From contig DBOL01000103.1 of assembly GCA_002299555.1 (NCBI GenBank), forward strand, positions 14,062-78,061: 64,000 nucleotides of DNA, written 5' to 3'. A program made the position numbers and the translations under genes. This stretch comes from Candidatus Aminicenantes bacterium UBA647 (lineage in GTDB: Bacteria; Acidobacteriota; Aminicenantia; UBA2199). The notes beneath the pieces were generated by a model. It did no database searches. It was not told where the DNA came from and was given only the letters and a program-made list of their open reading frames with translations. Shown here one piece after another: positions 38,246-47,895 of the stretch (its first letter is position 1; each line of letters opens with the position of its first letter).

Positions 38246-39151
38246 ATGGCCTTATACAATAGCCTGAATGAAGACAATTGGACGGAGAAGTCTGCATATT
38301 TCAAAGAAAATTATAGTCCCTGCAGGCTCTGTCCGAGAGAATGTAACTCAGAAAGAGACTCAAACATAGCAGGCGTATGCAGAGTCGGAAAAGATCTCCG
38401 GATCGCATCATATAATCTCCATTTCGGAGAGGAACCTCCGATTTCAGGAGCAAGAGGCTCAGGGACCATATTCTTTTCAGGATGTACTCTAAAATGTATC
38501 TATTGCCAGAATTTTCCGATCTCTCAACTTGACAATGGGAAAACCTATTCCATTGAGGATCTGACACAGATCTTTCTGGAATTAAAAGAGAGGGGTGCCC
38601 ATAATATAAATCTTGTCTCACCCTCACCATATCTTTTCCACATTGTTTCGGCACTCAGATCTGCCTCAATGCTGGGATTTGACCTCCCGATTGTCTACAA
38701 TTCAGGAGGATATGAAAGAGTAGAGATAATCAAAAATCTTAATAAGATAATTGATGTTTACATGCCTGATTTCAAATATTCATATCCGGAGATTTCAAAA
38801 AAATACTCGGGTGTCTCGGATTACTCTGAAATGGCTCTAAATTCAATTTCTGAAATGTATCGTCAGGTTGGATCACTTCAGGTTAACGAAGAAGGGATTG
38901 CGGTTAAAGGTGTAATAATAAGACATCTGATCCTTCCTGGCCACATAGATAATTCGAAGAATGTCCTGGAAATAATAAGTGAAAATACTTTCAATGACTC
39001 ATACCTGAGCCTGATGAGCCAGTACTTTCCCGCCTACAACTCTTCCGGAGATGAACACTTGAAGAGAAGGCTTACTCCCGGGGAATATGAGGATGTAAAA
39101 TCATTTGCAATCTCGAAAGGGCTTGTGAAGGGGTGGTTTCAGGACATCTGA
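38246..39151 (+). CDS. Radical SAM protein, PflX-like (COG1313, PFL-activase homolog)
   Basis: 301 aa. N-terminal Cys cluster CRLCPRECN...GVCRVG, then the radical-SAM motif GCTLKCIYCQNF. Confidence 0.8.
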   Translation: MALYNSLNEDNWTEKSAYFKENYSPCRLCPRECNSERDSNIAGVCRVGKDLRIASYNLHFGEEPPISGARGSGTIFFSGCTLKCIYCQNFPISQLDNGKTYSIEDLTQIFLELKERGAHNINLVSPSPYLFHIVSALRSASMLGFDLPIVYNSGGYERVEIIKNLNKIIDVYMPDFKYSYPEISKKYSGVSDYSEMALNSISEMYRQVGSLQVNEEGIAVKGVIIRHLILPGHIDNSKNVLEIISENTFNDSYLSLMSQYFPAYNSSGDEHLKRRLTPGEYEDVKSFAISKGLVKGWFQDI

Positions 39152-39984
39152 TCCGATATTATCAAATCAATACTATTAAGCACTTCAGCAGCACCGCCGG
39201 CAATACCAATACTTCCGTGAGGAACCTGAGACTCTCTCTTGTTTATCCTTACCAGAACAGAATCGAACATATCTAGGAATTTTTCAGACATATACCTAAC
39301 AGTCGGGACTGCTGTTCCTGCTCCGCATTCGACTATCACAAGCTTCCTGCCCGAAAGCCCTTCACGCCATACCAATAAATTTCGGTGCTGAATATGAGTT
39401 CTATCCGAGAGCCAATTCCAGTCACCGAACATGAGAATGTTTGGCCTGGCAACCAAACCGCACTTTTCACAGATCGGGATATCTCCTTTAGCTCTCATGG
39501 TATCAACATCAACATTGATCTCAGTTGATGAAGCATCCCATATTCCTGAGCAGGATGATGCACATTGGAGATAATTTATTGAACCATGACACTCCTCTAT
39601 TTCATCTTCAGAAAATCCGGCCCTCTGAAACTGGCCATCTACATTTGATGTGAAGATAAAAAAATCATCCTTTTTCATATCCTTCCATTTTTTAAGAATA
39701 CTGAATCCGCTATGAGGTATGGTTTTTCTATATAAATTAAGCCTGTGACCATAAAAACCCCAGGCAAACTGCGGGTCAGATAAAAACCCCTCAGGATTGG
39801 CCATCTCATAAAAGTTCAGCCCCAGCTTTTTGTATGGAGGATAAGCATTCCAGAATCCTTCATTTCCACGAAAATCCGGGAGCCCTGAATCGACACCCAT
39901 CCCTGCTCCGGCTCCAATAAGGATCGCATCTGCTTCTCCTAAAAGGGCTGCAGCCTCTCTGATCTTACCGCTATTGTCTTCCAC
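39139..39984 (-). CDS. SIR2-family NAD-dependent protein deacylase (sirtuin)
   Basis: 281 aa. GAGAGMGVDSGLPDFRG, FTSNVDGQF, catalytic His in ECHGS, Zn-ribbon Cys pairs CASSC / CEKCG, and PNILMFGD. Confidence 0.85.
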   Translation of the reverse strand: MEDNSGKIREAAALLGEADAILIGAGAGMGVDSGLPDFRGNEGFWNAYPPYKKLGLNFYEMANPEGFLSDPQFAWGFYGHRLNLYRKTIPHSGFSILKKWKDMKKDDFFIFTSNVDGQFQRAGFSEDEIEECHGSINYLQCASSCSGIWDASSTEINVDVDTMRAKGDIPICEKCGLVARPNILMFGDWNWLSDRTHIQHRNLLVWREGLSGRKLVIVECGAGTAVPTVRYMSEKFLDMFDSVLVRINKRESQVPHGSIGIAGGAAEVLNSIDLIISDQMS

Positions 39985-40038
39985 TTCCTGTTAATTACTC
40001 TTAAAAAGAAAAAAAATCAAACAAAAAACGATAAATCA

Positions 40039-40066
40039 TTGTGAATAGTGTGTTTTTTAGTATAAT
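40039..40066 (+). promoter_or_regulatory. Sigma-70-type promoter of serC
   Basis: TTGTGA (40039..40044), 16-nt spacer, TATAAT (40061..40066). GGGAGAG Shine-Dalgarno before the ATG at 40098. Confidence 0.5.
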
Positions 40067-40097
40067 TCAATTTAAATTATTTTTCGGGAGAGATTAA

Positions 40098-41165
40098 ATG
40101 AAAAAACACAATTTTTATGCAGGCCCGGCGATTTTACCACAAGAAGTACTTGAAAAAGCCAAATCGGAATTAACAAGCCTTAACGGGATCGGACTTTCGG
40201 TAATGGAAATAAGTCACAGGTCAAAAGATTTTGATGCAATAATAACAAGTGCGGAAGAAAATTTTAAGAAACTCCTTAACATCCCTGAAAATTACCATGT
40301 CCTTTTCCTTCAGGGCGGGGCCAGTCAGCAATTCGGGATGATCCCGATGAACCTGCTCAAAGGAGGTAAAGCAGATTATGTCAATACCGGAGCATGGGCT
40401 AAAAAAGCAATTAAAGAAGCTAAACTTTTCGGAAATGTAAATGTAGCAGCCAGTTCAGAAGATAAAGATTTTTCATATATTCCAAAAGAATTTAATTTTA
40501 CAGGTGACTGTAATTATGTTCACATAACGTCAAACGAAACGATTGGCGGTATCCAGTTCAATAACTATCCCGACACAGGAGATGTACCCCTGATAGCAGA
40601 TATGTCCTCAGATATCATGAGCAAAAAACTGGATATTTCTAAATTCGGAATGATTTATGCCGGGGCACAGAAGAACATAGGCCCATCAGGAGTTACTCTT
40701 GTCATAATAAGAGATGACCTTGTTGAGAATTCGGCTGAAGGACTTACATCGATGCTTAGCTATAAAATACATGCAGAAAAAAAATCACTTTACAACACAC
40801 CTCCCGCATTCGGAATTTATATCATAAAACTGGTTACAGACTGGTTGATAAAACTAGGCGGATTAGACGCGATCGCAAAGATAAATGCAGAGAAAGCAGG
40901 ACTACTTTATGACAAATTTGATTCAGGTGATTTCTACAACGGAACCGCAAATATAGAAGACAGATCTAAGATGAATGTTACCTTCAGGCTTAAGTCAGAA
41001 GAACTTGAGAAAAAATTCATTGAAGAAGCAACTGCTGCAGGATTTATCGGACTGAAAGGACATAGAAGTGTCGGAGGCTGCAGAGCATCGATCTACAATG
41101 CATTGCCGCTTGAAAGTGTTCAGGAACTTGTAAAGTTCATGGACGAGTTTGAAAAAAACAACTGA
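40098..41165 (+). CDS. serC: Phosphoserine aminotransferase
   Basis: 355 aa. MKKHNFYAGPAILPQEVL, FLQGGASQQF and the GAQKN PLP-Lys region. Typical SerC length. Confidence 0.93.
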   Translation: MKKHNFYAGPAILPQEVLEKAKSELTSLNGIGLSVMEISHRSKDFDAIITSAEENFKKLLNIPENYHVLFLQGGASQQFGMIPMNLLKGGKADYVNTGAWAKKAIKEAKLFGNVNVAASSEDKDFSYIPKEFNFTGDCNYVHITSNETIGGIQFNNYPDTGDVPLIADMSSDIMSKKLDISKFGMIYAGAQKNIGPSGVTLVIIRDDLVENSAEGLTSMLSYKIHAEKKSLYNTPPAFGIYIIKLVTDWLIKLGGLDAIAKINAEKAGLLYDKFDSGDFYNGTANIEDRSKMNVTFRLKSEELEKKFIEEATAAGFIGLKGHRSVGGCRASIYNALPLESVQELVKFMDEFEKNN

Positions 41166-41212
41166 CACTTAACTGCAGATTCTGAGGTTGTAATCTTATA
41201 GCAAGTATTAAT

Positions 41213-42532
41213 ATGGGAAAAAGTATACTTTCAACAAAAAAGATCTTTTTATTCTGGGCACCCCTTGCTGCAACATGGCTGATGATGTCTGTAGAGGGAC
41301 CATTTCTTGCGGCTCTGATAGCAAGACTTGCTTTGCCTAAGTACAATCTGGCCGCTTTCGGAGTTGCTTTTTCCTTTGCTCTTATTATTGAGTCCCCGAT
41401 AATTATGCTGATGAGCGCATCAACAGCTCTTGTAAATAACAGGCACGATTATTGCACTTTGAGAAGCTACACTTTTATGCTTAATTCAGCAATAACAGTA
41501 TTTATGATCATCGGACTGATACCGACTGTTTTCCATTTTATTACTCAGGGACTTATCGGGCTCCCTCCGAACATCGCTCACCTCACCCATGTTGCATCTC
41601 TCCTCCTCCTCCCCTGGCCTGCAGCGATAGGATTCAGAAGATTTTATCAGGGGCTGTTGATAAAGAACAACCTGACAAGGCTTGTCGCCTACGGAACTGT
41701 TATCAGACTTGTATTTATGGCATCCACCGCCTTCTTCCTGTATTCTCTCCGGATAACCGGGGCCTATATTGGAGCTGCGGCACTATCAACCGGAGTAATA
41801 GCAGAAGCATTGTTCACCAAGTTTACTGTGAGGGGAACTGTCAGGTCGATCTTAAGATCAGAAAATGAGAATGATAATAAGGAAAAGTTAAATTTCAGGT
41901 CCATATCAAAATTTTATTTCCCTCTGGCATTGACTGCAATTCTGGCACTCGGAGTGCATCCGATGGTCACTTTTTTCATGGGGAAAAGCCACTTCCCTAT
42001 CGAATCTCTTGCTATTCTTCCGGTTGTCAATTCATTGATCTTTGTATTCAGAAGCCTCGGTTTATCATACCAGGAAGTGATCATCGCCCTCCTCGGGGCT
42101 AACAAGGAAAATTACGAAGGAGTTAAAAAGTTTGCTTTGTATCTTGGAGCATTTCTCCTTGTAACACTTTCCCTCATTCTGTTTACTCCCCTTCTCCACA
42201 TCTGGTTCCTGAAAGTATCCGGTTTGTCTTTTGAGCTGGCACAATTCTCAATACTCCCGGCCAGAATCCTTGTGATCCTTCCCCTCCTTACACTTTTAAT
42301 CTCATTCCAGAGAGCATTATTAGTCCACACAACAGAAACAGGCCCTATAAAGGGAGCATCTGTTATCGAGATCATAATGATCATCTTCACCCTTTATATC
42401 ACAGTATTTCAATTAAGGCTCCCCGGCGCAGTCGCTGCTGCCATCTCCTATATGGTCGGTCGCCTCTTCGCCAATTCTTATTTACTCCCCTCCCAACTCA
42501 AAGCAATCGCGTTCATAAAGCAAAAGAAATAA
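41213..42532 (+). CDS. MATE/Wzx-like polytopic exporter
   Basis: 439 aa with about 12 helices. The N-terminal LFWAPLAATWLMMSVEGPFLAALIARL resembles the first MATE repeat. The assignment is tentative. Confidence 0.5.
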   Translation: MGKSILSTKKIFLFWAPLAATWLMMSVEGPFLAALIARLALPKYNLAAFGVAFSFALIIESPIIMLMSASTALVNNRHDYCTLRSYTFMLNSAITVFMIIGLIPTVFHFITQGLIGLPPNIAHLTHVASLLLLPWPAAIGFRRFYQGLLIKNNLTRLVAYGTVIRLVFMASTAFFLYSLRITGAYIGAAALSTGVIAEALFTKFTVRGTVRSILRSENENDNKEKLNFRSISKFYFPLALTAILALGVHPMVTFFMGKSHFPIESLAILPVVNSLIFVFRSLGLSYQEVIIALLGANKENYEGVKKFALYLGAFLLVTLSLILFTPLLHIWFLKVSGLSFELAQFSILPARILVILPLLTLLISFQRALLVHTTETGPIKGASVIEIIMIIFTLYITVFQLRLPGAVAAAISYMVGRLFANSYLLPSQLKAIAFIKQKK

Positions 42533-42576
42533 TTATCCACAAAGCGCAGGGACGGTGCATTCGTTTTTGAGCTTGC

Positions 42577-42645
42577 AAAAAATTGCCTGAACCTTGATTT
42601 GCCTGTTTTCACGAACTCTCTGATCATGCAAATCAAGGCTCAGAC
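42577..42645 (-). terminator. Rho-independent terminator of the SGNH hydrolase gene
   Basis: 18-nt arms at 42585..42602 (GCCTGAACCTTGATTTGC) and 42628..42645 (GCAAATCAAGGCTCAGAC) pair at 16 of 18 positions, with a 25-nt loop. On the minus strand the hairpin is followed by AATTTTTT (42577..42584). Confidence 0.6.
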
Positions 42646-42713
42646 TTAGCTCCCTCTCTTTCATCTCTCCCAAAGTAAAACTGCACCTGTGTCCTTTTAA
42701 CTTATAATTGAAT

Positions 42714-44030
42714 CTAATGAATAATTTTTTCTCGTAAATCAAATAATTTCATTGGATAGATCTCTGCCAACAAAGATACAATCCTGTCAGCAATAACCTG
42801 ATGTCCTGTCGGGCTGGGGTGATTACCTTTAATATCTTCCAGAAGTACTTCCCATCCTAAATAATAATTTATAAAATCATCATATATACCGACGCATAGA
42901 AGTTTCTCTCTTTTTGACATTGCATGTAGACTTTTGTTCAGCGCCTCTGTTTTTTCCTTAAAGAACTGGATGCCGCTTAGATATTGTTTTTGTGGCGGAA
43001 TCGTTATGTATACAGGGAGCAATCCAAATTCATTTTCTGCGATTTCATAAATTTGTTTGATGTTTTCACACGTGCTTGAGCATGAAAAACTACCATTTGC
43101 AACATCGTTTGTACCAAACATGATAAAGCAAATATATGCATTAACATCCTTGAAGTCTTCTCTCATCCTCAAAAGCCCCATATACGAAGAATCTCTGTTC
43201 ACTCCAAGATTAATGCCTTCTGTTTTACGATAATTATTACTTAGGAACTCTGCAACCCTTGACCAATAGGTCAGTTCCGGATGAAAGGAACCCTCTAGAT
43301 CATTCATTCTGATCTTCCCCCATGTAATACTGTCTCCAAAACCAATCAGATACTTTGTTGAATTAGAATTATCCACACGTTGAGTTCTTTGTTTAAAGTA
43401 TGCATTTCTTTTTTTCTCCAATAATCTAACGTTCAGATCATCTATTGAAACAAGATAAAGATAATGGTTTTTAATAGTTTCTGTCTCAATGTAAAAAGAA
43501 CCATCATCAGATAATTGATTGTTTTCTACTTTAATTGTTTTTTCATTCATATCAGTAAAAGCAATCCTTTTCATTTTCCCCCTAGAAAGGTCATAAAGGA
43601 AAAGATCCTCATTGTTTGAGTTTTTAATTCCCCTGAAGATTATCGCTCTGGGTTCATCACCACTGAAAATAACCTCTGTCTCTTTTGAAATAAAACTGAA
43701 TTTATCATCAATAACGATCTCACTGTTATCAATGATAGAATTGTAGAAAATCATCCGGAAAACACCTCCTTTATAATTTATCCATGTAGTAAAAACTTCA
43801 TCACGATTAATGAATATTTTTGGAAATAAATTTTCACCGGGAAACGAAGAACTAAGGTTTTTGACACTTCCAGTATCAATCATGATATCGCTTCTTCCTG
43901 AATCTGACTCAACCCATATCGAGCTGTCAAAATTTCCCAATCTGAACTTTGACTTTGATATAACAGAACCATCAACGATCTGACATACAAGTATAAATAT
44001 TACAAAAATTATTGGAAATAGCCTTCCCAT
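42714..44030 (-). CDS. Secreted SGNH/GDSL hydrolase with an N-terminal beta-rich (propeller-like) domain
   Basis: 438 aa with signal MGRLFPIIFVIFILVCQIV. C-terminal SGNH blocks FGDSITWG (Ser), FGTNDV and GNHPSPTGH (His). The first ~210 aa are beta-strand rich and unassigned. Confidence 0.75.
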   Translation of the reverse strand: MGRLFPIIFVIFILVCQIVDGSVISKSKFRLGNFDSSIWVESDSGRSDIMIDTGSVKNLSSSFPGENLFPKIFINRDEVFTTWINYKGGVFRMIFYNSIIDNSEIVIDDKFSFISKETEVIFSGDEPRAIIFRGIKNSNNEDLFLYDLSRGKMKRIAFTDMNEKTIKVENNQLSDDGSFYIETETIKNHYLYLVSIDDLNVRLLEKKRNAYFKQRTQRVDNSNSTKYLIGFGDSITWGKIRMNDLEGSFHPELTYWSRVAEFLSNNYRKTEGINLGVNRDSSYMGLLRMREDFKDVNAYICFIMFGTNDVANGSFSCSSTCENIKQIYEIAENEFGLLPVYITIPPQKQYLSGIQFFKEKTEALNKSLHAMSKREKLLCVGIYDDFINYYLGWEVLLEDIKGNHPSPTGHQVIADRIVSLLAEIYPMKLFDLREKIIH

Positions 44031-44181
44031 CTCCCCTCCTCCCTCAATTTGCTTTAATCAAAATCTCTTTGTCCTGGTTCTATAATCTTGGGAAAAGTAT
44101 TTAAATAGCTTTTACTCCAATGTCACTTCTTTTCGTATTTTGTCGCTATAAAAACTCCTTTTTGATAAAATACTTAAAGAA

Positions 44182-45483
44182 ATGGGGAAATCAGATAAAT
44201 TATCTTCCTGGAAAGAAATAGCTAATTATCTTGATGTTGAGATCAGGACCTGTCAAAGATGGGAACAGGAATCAGGATTGCCTGTTCACCGTTATACTGA
44301 TACTCCCCGGTCCAGAGTCTTTACAACTAAAAACGAACTGGACATGTGGCTTAACAGATCGGAAAAGTCACTCGATAAGACAAAACGTTTGCCCGGTGGG
44401 ATTTTGAAGGGATCTATCATTGTTGCACTACTCTTCGTGGTAGTGATCCTTATTTATTTTATAGCCAATAGACACGATGACGAAAACCCGAACAACTTCA
44501 AGATCATCAACGGGGAGCTGGTCATCACTAATTCAAAAGGAGGCGAGCTCTGGAGATTTAATCCGGAAGTAATTAATCTCTGGTCAGAGAACATATACCG
44601 GGACCATTTTCAGATTAAATATTTCAATGGGAAATATAATAAATTTCCAAGTATAGTAATTAAAGATATAAATAATGATAAGAAGAATGAAGTCCTTTTC
44701 GGAATAAGGACAGAAGATAAAACAAATTGTGGGGATATTTATTTATTTGATCATAAAGGGAAGGTCCTGTGGAATTACAAGCTTGGGAAAGAGATGCAAT
44801 ATGGAGATGAAGTTTATTCTGGTGATTATGCTCCCTCTGGAATAGATATTAATGATATCAATAATGACGGCAAGAATGAGATCATAATAATTTCCACACA
44901 CTTATTGTATTTTCCGACAGAATTCATCATTTTAAACTTAGACGGGGAGAAGACAGGTTCCTATTGGAACTCGGGGCGGATCTCAGACTATGCATTTCAC
45001 GATCTGGATAATAACGGTATAAAGGAAATAATATTGGCGGGTATGAACAATGAGTACAATACCGCAAACATTACTGTCCTGGATTCAGACAATGTATCGG
45101 GGTATTCTCCACAGTTAAAAAAATACTACACATGCAGGAACTCACAAGGGGGGTCTGAAAAATACTACCTATTATTACCAAGGACGATAATAGACAAGAT
45201 AAGTTCTTTCAGGACCTTTGCAAACAACATAGTCCTGCTTGACAATGGTTTACTTTCTATACAAATGGGGCCGAGTGGAATTTATTTTGAATTTGATAAA
45301 GATCTCAATATACGATCCGTTAATCTTAGTGACAAATTTATGAACAAAATGAAAACCACTCAAACCTTTATTAACAATGAATTCTCTCATGAAAAATATA
45401 CGGAAGATCTTAAAAATAGTATCCTTTACTTTAACGGGAAGGAGTGGGTGCCAGGGCATACTACTTCAAACCAAGTATTGTAG
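44182..45483 (+). CDS. Membrane-anchored HTH protein with periplasmic FG-GAP/VCBS-like repeats
   Basis: 433 aa. N-terminal HTH (SWKEIANYLDVEIRTCQRWEQESGLPVHRY), one TM (GSIIVALLFVVVILIYFIA), then Ca-binding-type repeats DINNDKKNEVLFG, DINNDGKNEIIIIS and DLDNNGIKEIILAG. Confidence 0.6.
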   Translation: MGKSDKLSSWKEIANYLDVEIRTCQRWEQESGLPVHRYTDTPRSRVFTTKNELDMWLNRSEKSLDKTKRLPGGILKGSIIVALLFVVVILIYFIANRHDDENPNNFKIINGELVITNSKGGELWRFNPEVINLWSENIYRDHFQIKYFNGKYNKFPSIVIKDINNDKKNEVLFGIRTEDKTNCGDIYLFDHKGKVLWNYKLGKEMQYGDEVYSGDYAPSGIDINDINNDGKNEIIIISTHLLYFPTEFIILNLDGEKTGSYWNSGRISDYAFHDLDNNGIKEIILAGMNNEYNTANITVLDSDNVSGYSPQLKKYYTCRNSQGGSEKYYLLLPRTIIDKISSFRTFANNIVLLDNGLLSIQMGPSGIYFEFDKDLNIRSVNLSDKFMNKMKTTQTFINNEFSHEKYTEDLKNSILYFNGKEWVPGHTTSNQVL

Positions 45484-45624
45484 GGACGGTCGTTTAATTT
45501 TTTAATTTTTTTAATCCCTCTCTTTAATCCCGCCTGGGCTGTGGGTCAGGGGTGAGGGTAATGAAATGAATTTGTGTAATTTAGGGTCATTGGATAGAAT
45601 TATTGTTTGTGGTGAAAAAGTAAA

Positions 45625-47895
45625 ATGGCAGATAAGACATTTGAAATAAGGGTTAGAGGAATTGTACAAGGGGTTGGTTTCCGTCCTTTTATCTACAGGG
45701 TCGCAAATGAGTTATCTCTGGCGGGAGAAGTCTTGAACGACACCGAGGGTGTTCTGATAAGGATAAATGCAAAAGCATTTGAAATACCAGGAATTGAAAT
45801 GAAGATAAGGGGAGAATCCCCGGCTCTCTCGAAGATAAATTCAGTCGAGACCAAAGAGATAGAAAACAGAATTTTCACCACTTTTGAGGTGGTTGACAGT
45901 GAGATCACAAATCAGAAAAGCGCTTTTATTCCACCCGATACTGCGATTTGTGAAGACTGCAGAAAAGAGCTTTTTGATAAAAATGATCACCGCTATAAAT
46001 TCCCCTTTATCAATTGTACAAATTGCGGGCCAAGATTCAGTATTATCCGTGACGTTCCTTACGACAGGAAACAGACATCGATGGACAAATTCCCCATGTG
46101 CAGTAAATGCCGATCGGAATATGACGATCCATCAGATAGAAGGTTTCATACCGAACCAACCTCCTGTCCGATTTGCGGACCACGTTATTTCCTTTACGAT
46201 AAAAACAAAAAACTTCTGTCTGAACAAACAGGCGAAATAATTTCGATTTGTTCCGAATATCTGAAAAACGGAAAGATTGTGGCGATCAAAGGAGAAGGGG
46301 GATACCACCTCGCTGCAAATGCAAGGAATAGTGATACTATGAGAGAGTTGCGGGAAAGAAAACAACGCCCTTTCAAACCCTTTGCTTTAATGGTTAAAGA
46401 TCTTGGTGTTGCAGAAGAATTCCTTGAAATATCAGAAATCGAGAGAAAACTCCTCCTTGGAAGAGAAAGGCCCATAGTAATACTAAAGGAGAAGAAAAAA
46501 AAAGTATCAGATCTGGTTGCACCCGGATTAACACATCTTGGAATAATGCTCCCGTATACCCCGCTACAACATCTCATCTTCGAAAAGATATATGACATGG
46601 TCCTTATCATGACCAGTGGAAATATAAGTGATGAGCCGATAATCTCAGACGAAGAAGAGCTCTTTGAAAAGCTTTCAGGTGTCGCAGACTATTTCATCAC
46701 ATCAGACAGAGAGATTATTCAACAATCTGATGATAGTGTCTTGTTTGTAAACGACAAGTCACCATATATGATAAGGAGAGCCAAAGGATTTGTCCCAATC
46801 CCGTTTTTCAGTTCACACTCAGGTTCAAACATATTTGCTGCCGGATCTGACATAAAAAACAGCTTTGCCCTCTCAAAAGAGGACCTCATATTCTTAAGCC
46901 AATATATTGGTGATCTGGAGAGCCCATTAACAGAGCAAAAATATATAAAAACAATTGATCATTTTAAGAATCTCTTTGAGATAGAACCAACCGTATTCGT
47001 TTCAGATCTTCACCCCGGTTATTTTTCAACAAAGATAACAGACAGGCTTTGGAACAACTCCGGAACCAGGATTAAAGTCCAGCATCATCATGCACATATT
47101 GCAGCAGTATTGGAGGAAAACAATACTGATGATAAAGTTATCGGTATATCTTTTGACGGTACAGGTTTCGGTGAAGACGGGAACATCTGGGGTGGTGAAT
47201 TCCTGATAGCGAATAAAAGAGAATATTCTCGAGCCGCTCATTTCAGCTATTTTCCTCTCCCCGGTGGGGAGGCTGCAATAAAAGATGTATGGCGGATCGG
47301 TTTGTCACTACTCATCACTGCATTCGGGAAAGATACATTACCTGCAGATCCGAAAAGAAAAATTATTGCGGAATTAATAGAAAAGGGGATAAATTCTCCT
47401 TTATGTTGCAGCGTGGGGAGACTATTTGACGGAGTATCCTCAATACTTGGATTTTCAGATTCAATTTCAACTGAATCTGAAGCAGCCCAGCTTCTTGAAG
47501 AGGCGGCATTACGATCAGATACTTCTCAGGTATTTCCGATGGAAATAACAGGTGGTACCAAAACTGACCCACTGATAATTAACAGCTCCCCACTTGTGAA
47601 AAAATTAGTTGAGAGTAAAGAAAGAGGTGTTTCAGTCGATGATCTTGCACTGGTATTCCACAATTCTATGGCAGATCTGGCTATAAAAGTTCTCAAATTG
47701 CTGAGAGAAAAAACCAACATTAATAAGGTAGCTCTGTCAGGAGGAGTTTTTCATAACAGGCTTTTATTAAGTATGGTGATAAAGAATCTTGAAACTGAAA
47801 AATTCGAAACCCTGCTGCCTGAAGAACTTCCGTTTAATGATGGAGCCATTGCATTCGGTCAGATAGCTTCGGCAAAAGCCAGGTTAAAAAATTAA
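45625..47895 (+). CDS. hypF: [NiFe]-hydrogenase maturation carbamoyltransferase HypF
   Basis: 756 aa. Acylphosphatase domain (VRGIVQGVGFRPFIY), two Zn-finger pairs (CEDCRKE...CTNCGPRFSII; CSKCRSEY...CPICGPRY), and YrdC-like and Kae1-like domains. Confidence 0.95.
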   Translation: MADKTFEIRVRGIVQGVGFRPFIYRVANELSLAGEVLNDTEGVLIRINAKAFEIPGIEMKIRGESPALSKINSVETKEIENRIFTTFEVVDSEITNQKSAFIPPDTAICEDCRKELFDKNDHRYKFPFINCTNCGPRFSIIRDVPYDRKQTSMDKFPMCSKCRSEYDDPSDRRFHTEPTSCPICGPRYFLYDKNKKLLSEQTGEIISICSEYLKNGKIVAIKGEGGYHLAANARNSDTMRELRERKQRPFKPFALMVKDLGVAEEFLEISEIERKLLLGRERPIVILKEKKKKVSDLVAPGLTHLGIMLPYTPLQHLIFEKIYDMVLIMTSGNISDEPIISDEEELFEKLSGVADYFITSDREIIQQSDDSVLFVNDKSPYMIRRAKGFVPIPFFSSHSGSNIFAAGSDIKNSFALSKEDLIFLSQYIGDLESPLTEQKYIKTIDHFKNLFEIEPTVFVSDLHPGYFSTKITDRLWNNSGTRIKVQHHHAHIAAVLEENNTDDKVIGISFDGTGFGEDGNIWGGEFLIANKREYSRAAHFSYFPLPGGEAAIKDVWRIGLSLLITAFGKDTLPADPKRKIIAELIEKGINSPLCCSVGRLFDGVSSILGFSDSISTESEAAQLLEEAALRSDTSQVFPMEITGGTKTDPLIINSSPLVKKLVESKERGVSVDDLALVFHNSMADLAIKVLKLLREKTNINKVALSGGVFHNRLLLSMVIKNLETEKFETLLPEELPFNDGAIAFGQIASAKARLKN

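Noticed and set aside
38246-39151. Radical SAM gene as a prokaryotic viperin, or as the anaerobic sulfatase-maturating enzyme for the two sulfatase-like genes
   Set aside because: The extra N-terminal Cys cluster (CRLCPRECN...GVCRVG) and the 301-aa size fit PflX/COG1313 rather than viperin or anSME. The sulfatase-like proteins carry Thr rather than Cys/Ser at the formylglycine site and lie about 34 kb away.
39139-39984. SIR2-domain gene as a possible Thoeris/DSR-type anti-phage effector
   Set aside because: It has the full canonical sirtuin layout: GAGxGxxSGLPDFRG, a catalytic His and two Cys pairs of a Zn ribbon. It is only 281 aa, has no fused or adjacent TIR, ThsB, helicase or Argonaute-type partner, and sits among housekeeping genes.
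42533-42742. 69-aa minus-strand ORF in the 181-nt gap between the MATE-like and SGNH genes
   Set aside because: It spans the terminator hairpin (42585..42645) and overlaps the 3' end of the SGNH gene. It has no Shine-Dalgarno and no recognisable motif.
45520-45575. GC-rich patch (CCCTCTC...CCCGCCTGGGCTGTGGGTCAGGGGTGAGGG) upstream of hypF as an sRNA or riboswitch
   Set aside because: Only short 4-5-bp pairings can be drawn. There is no U tract and no similarity to any RNA family I recognise.
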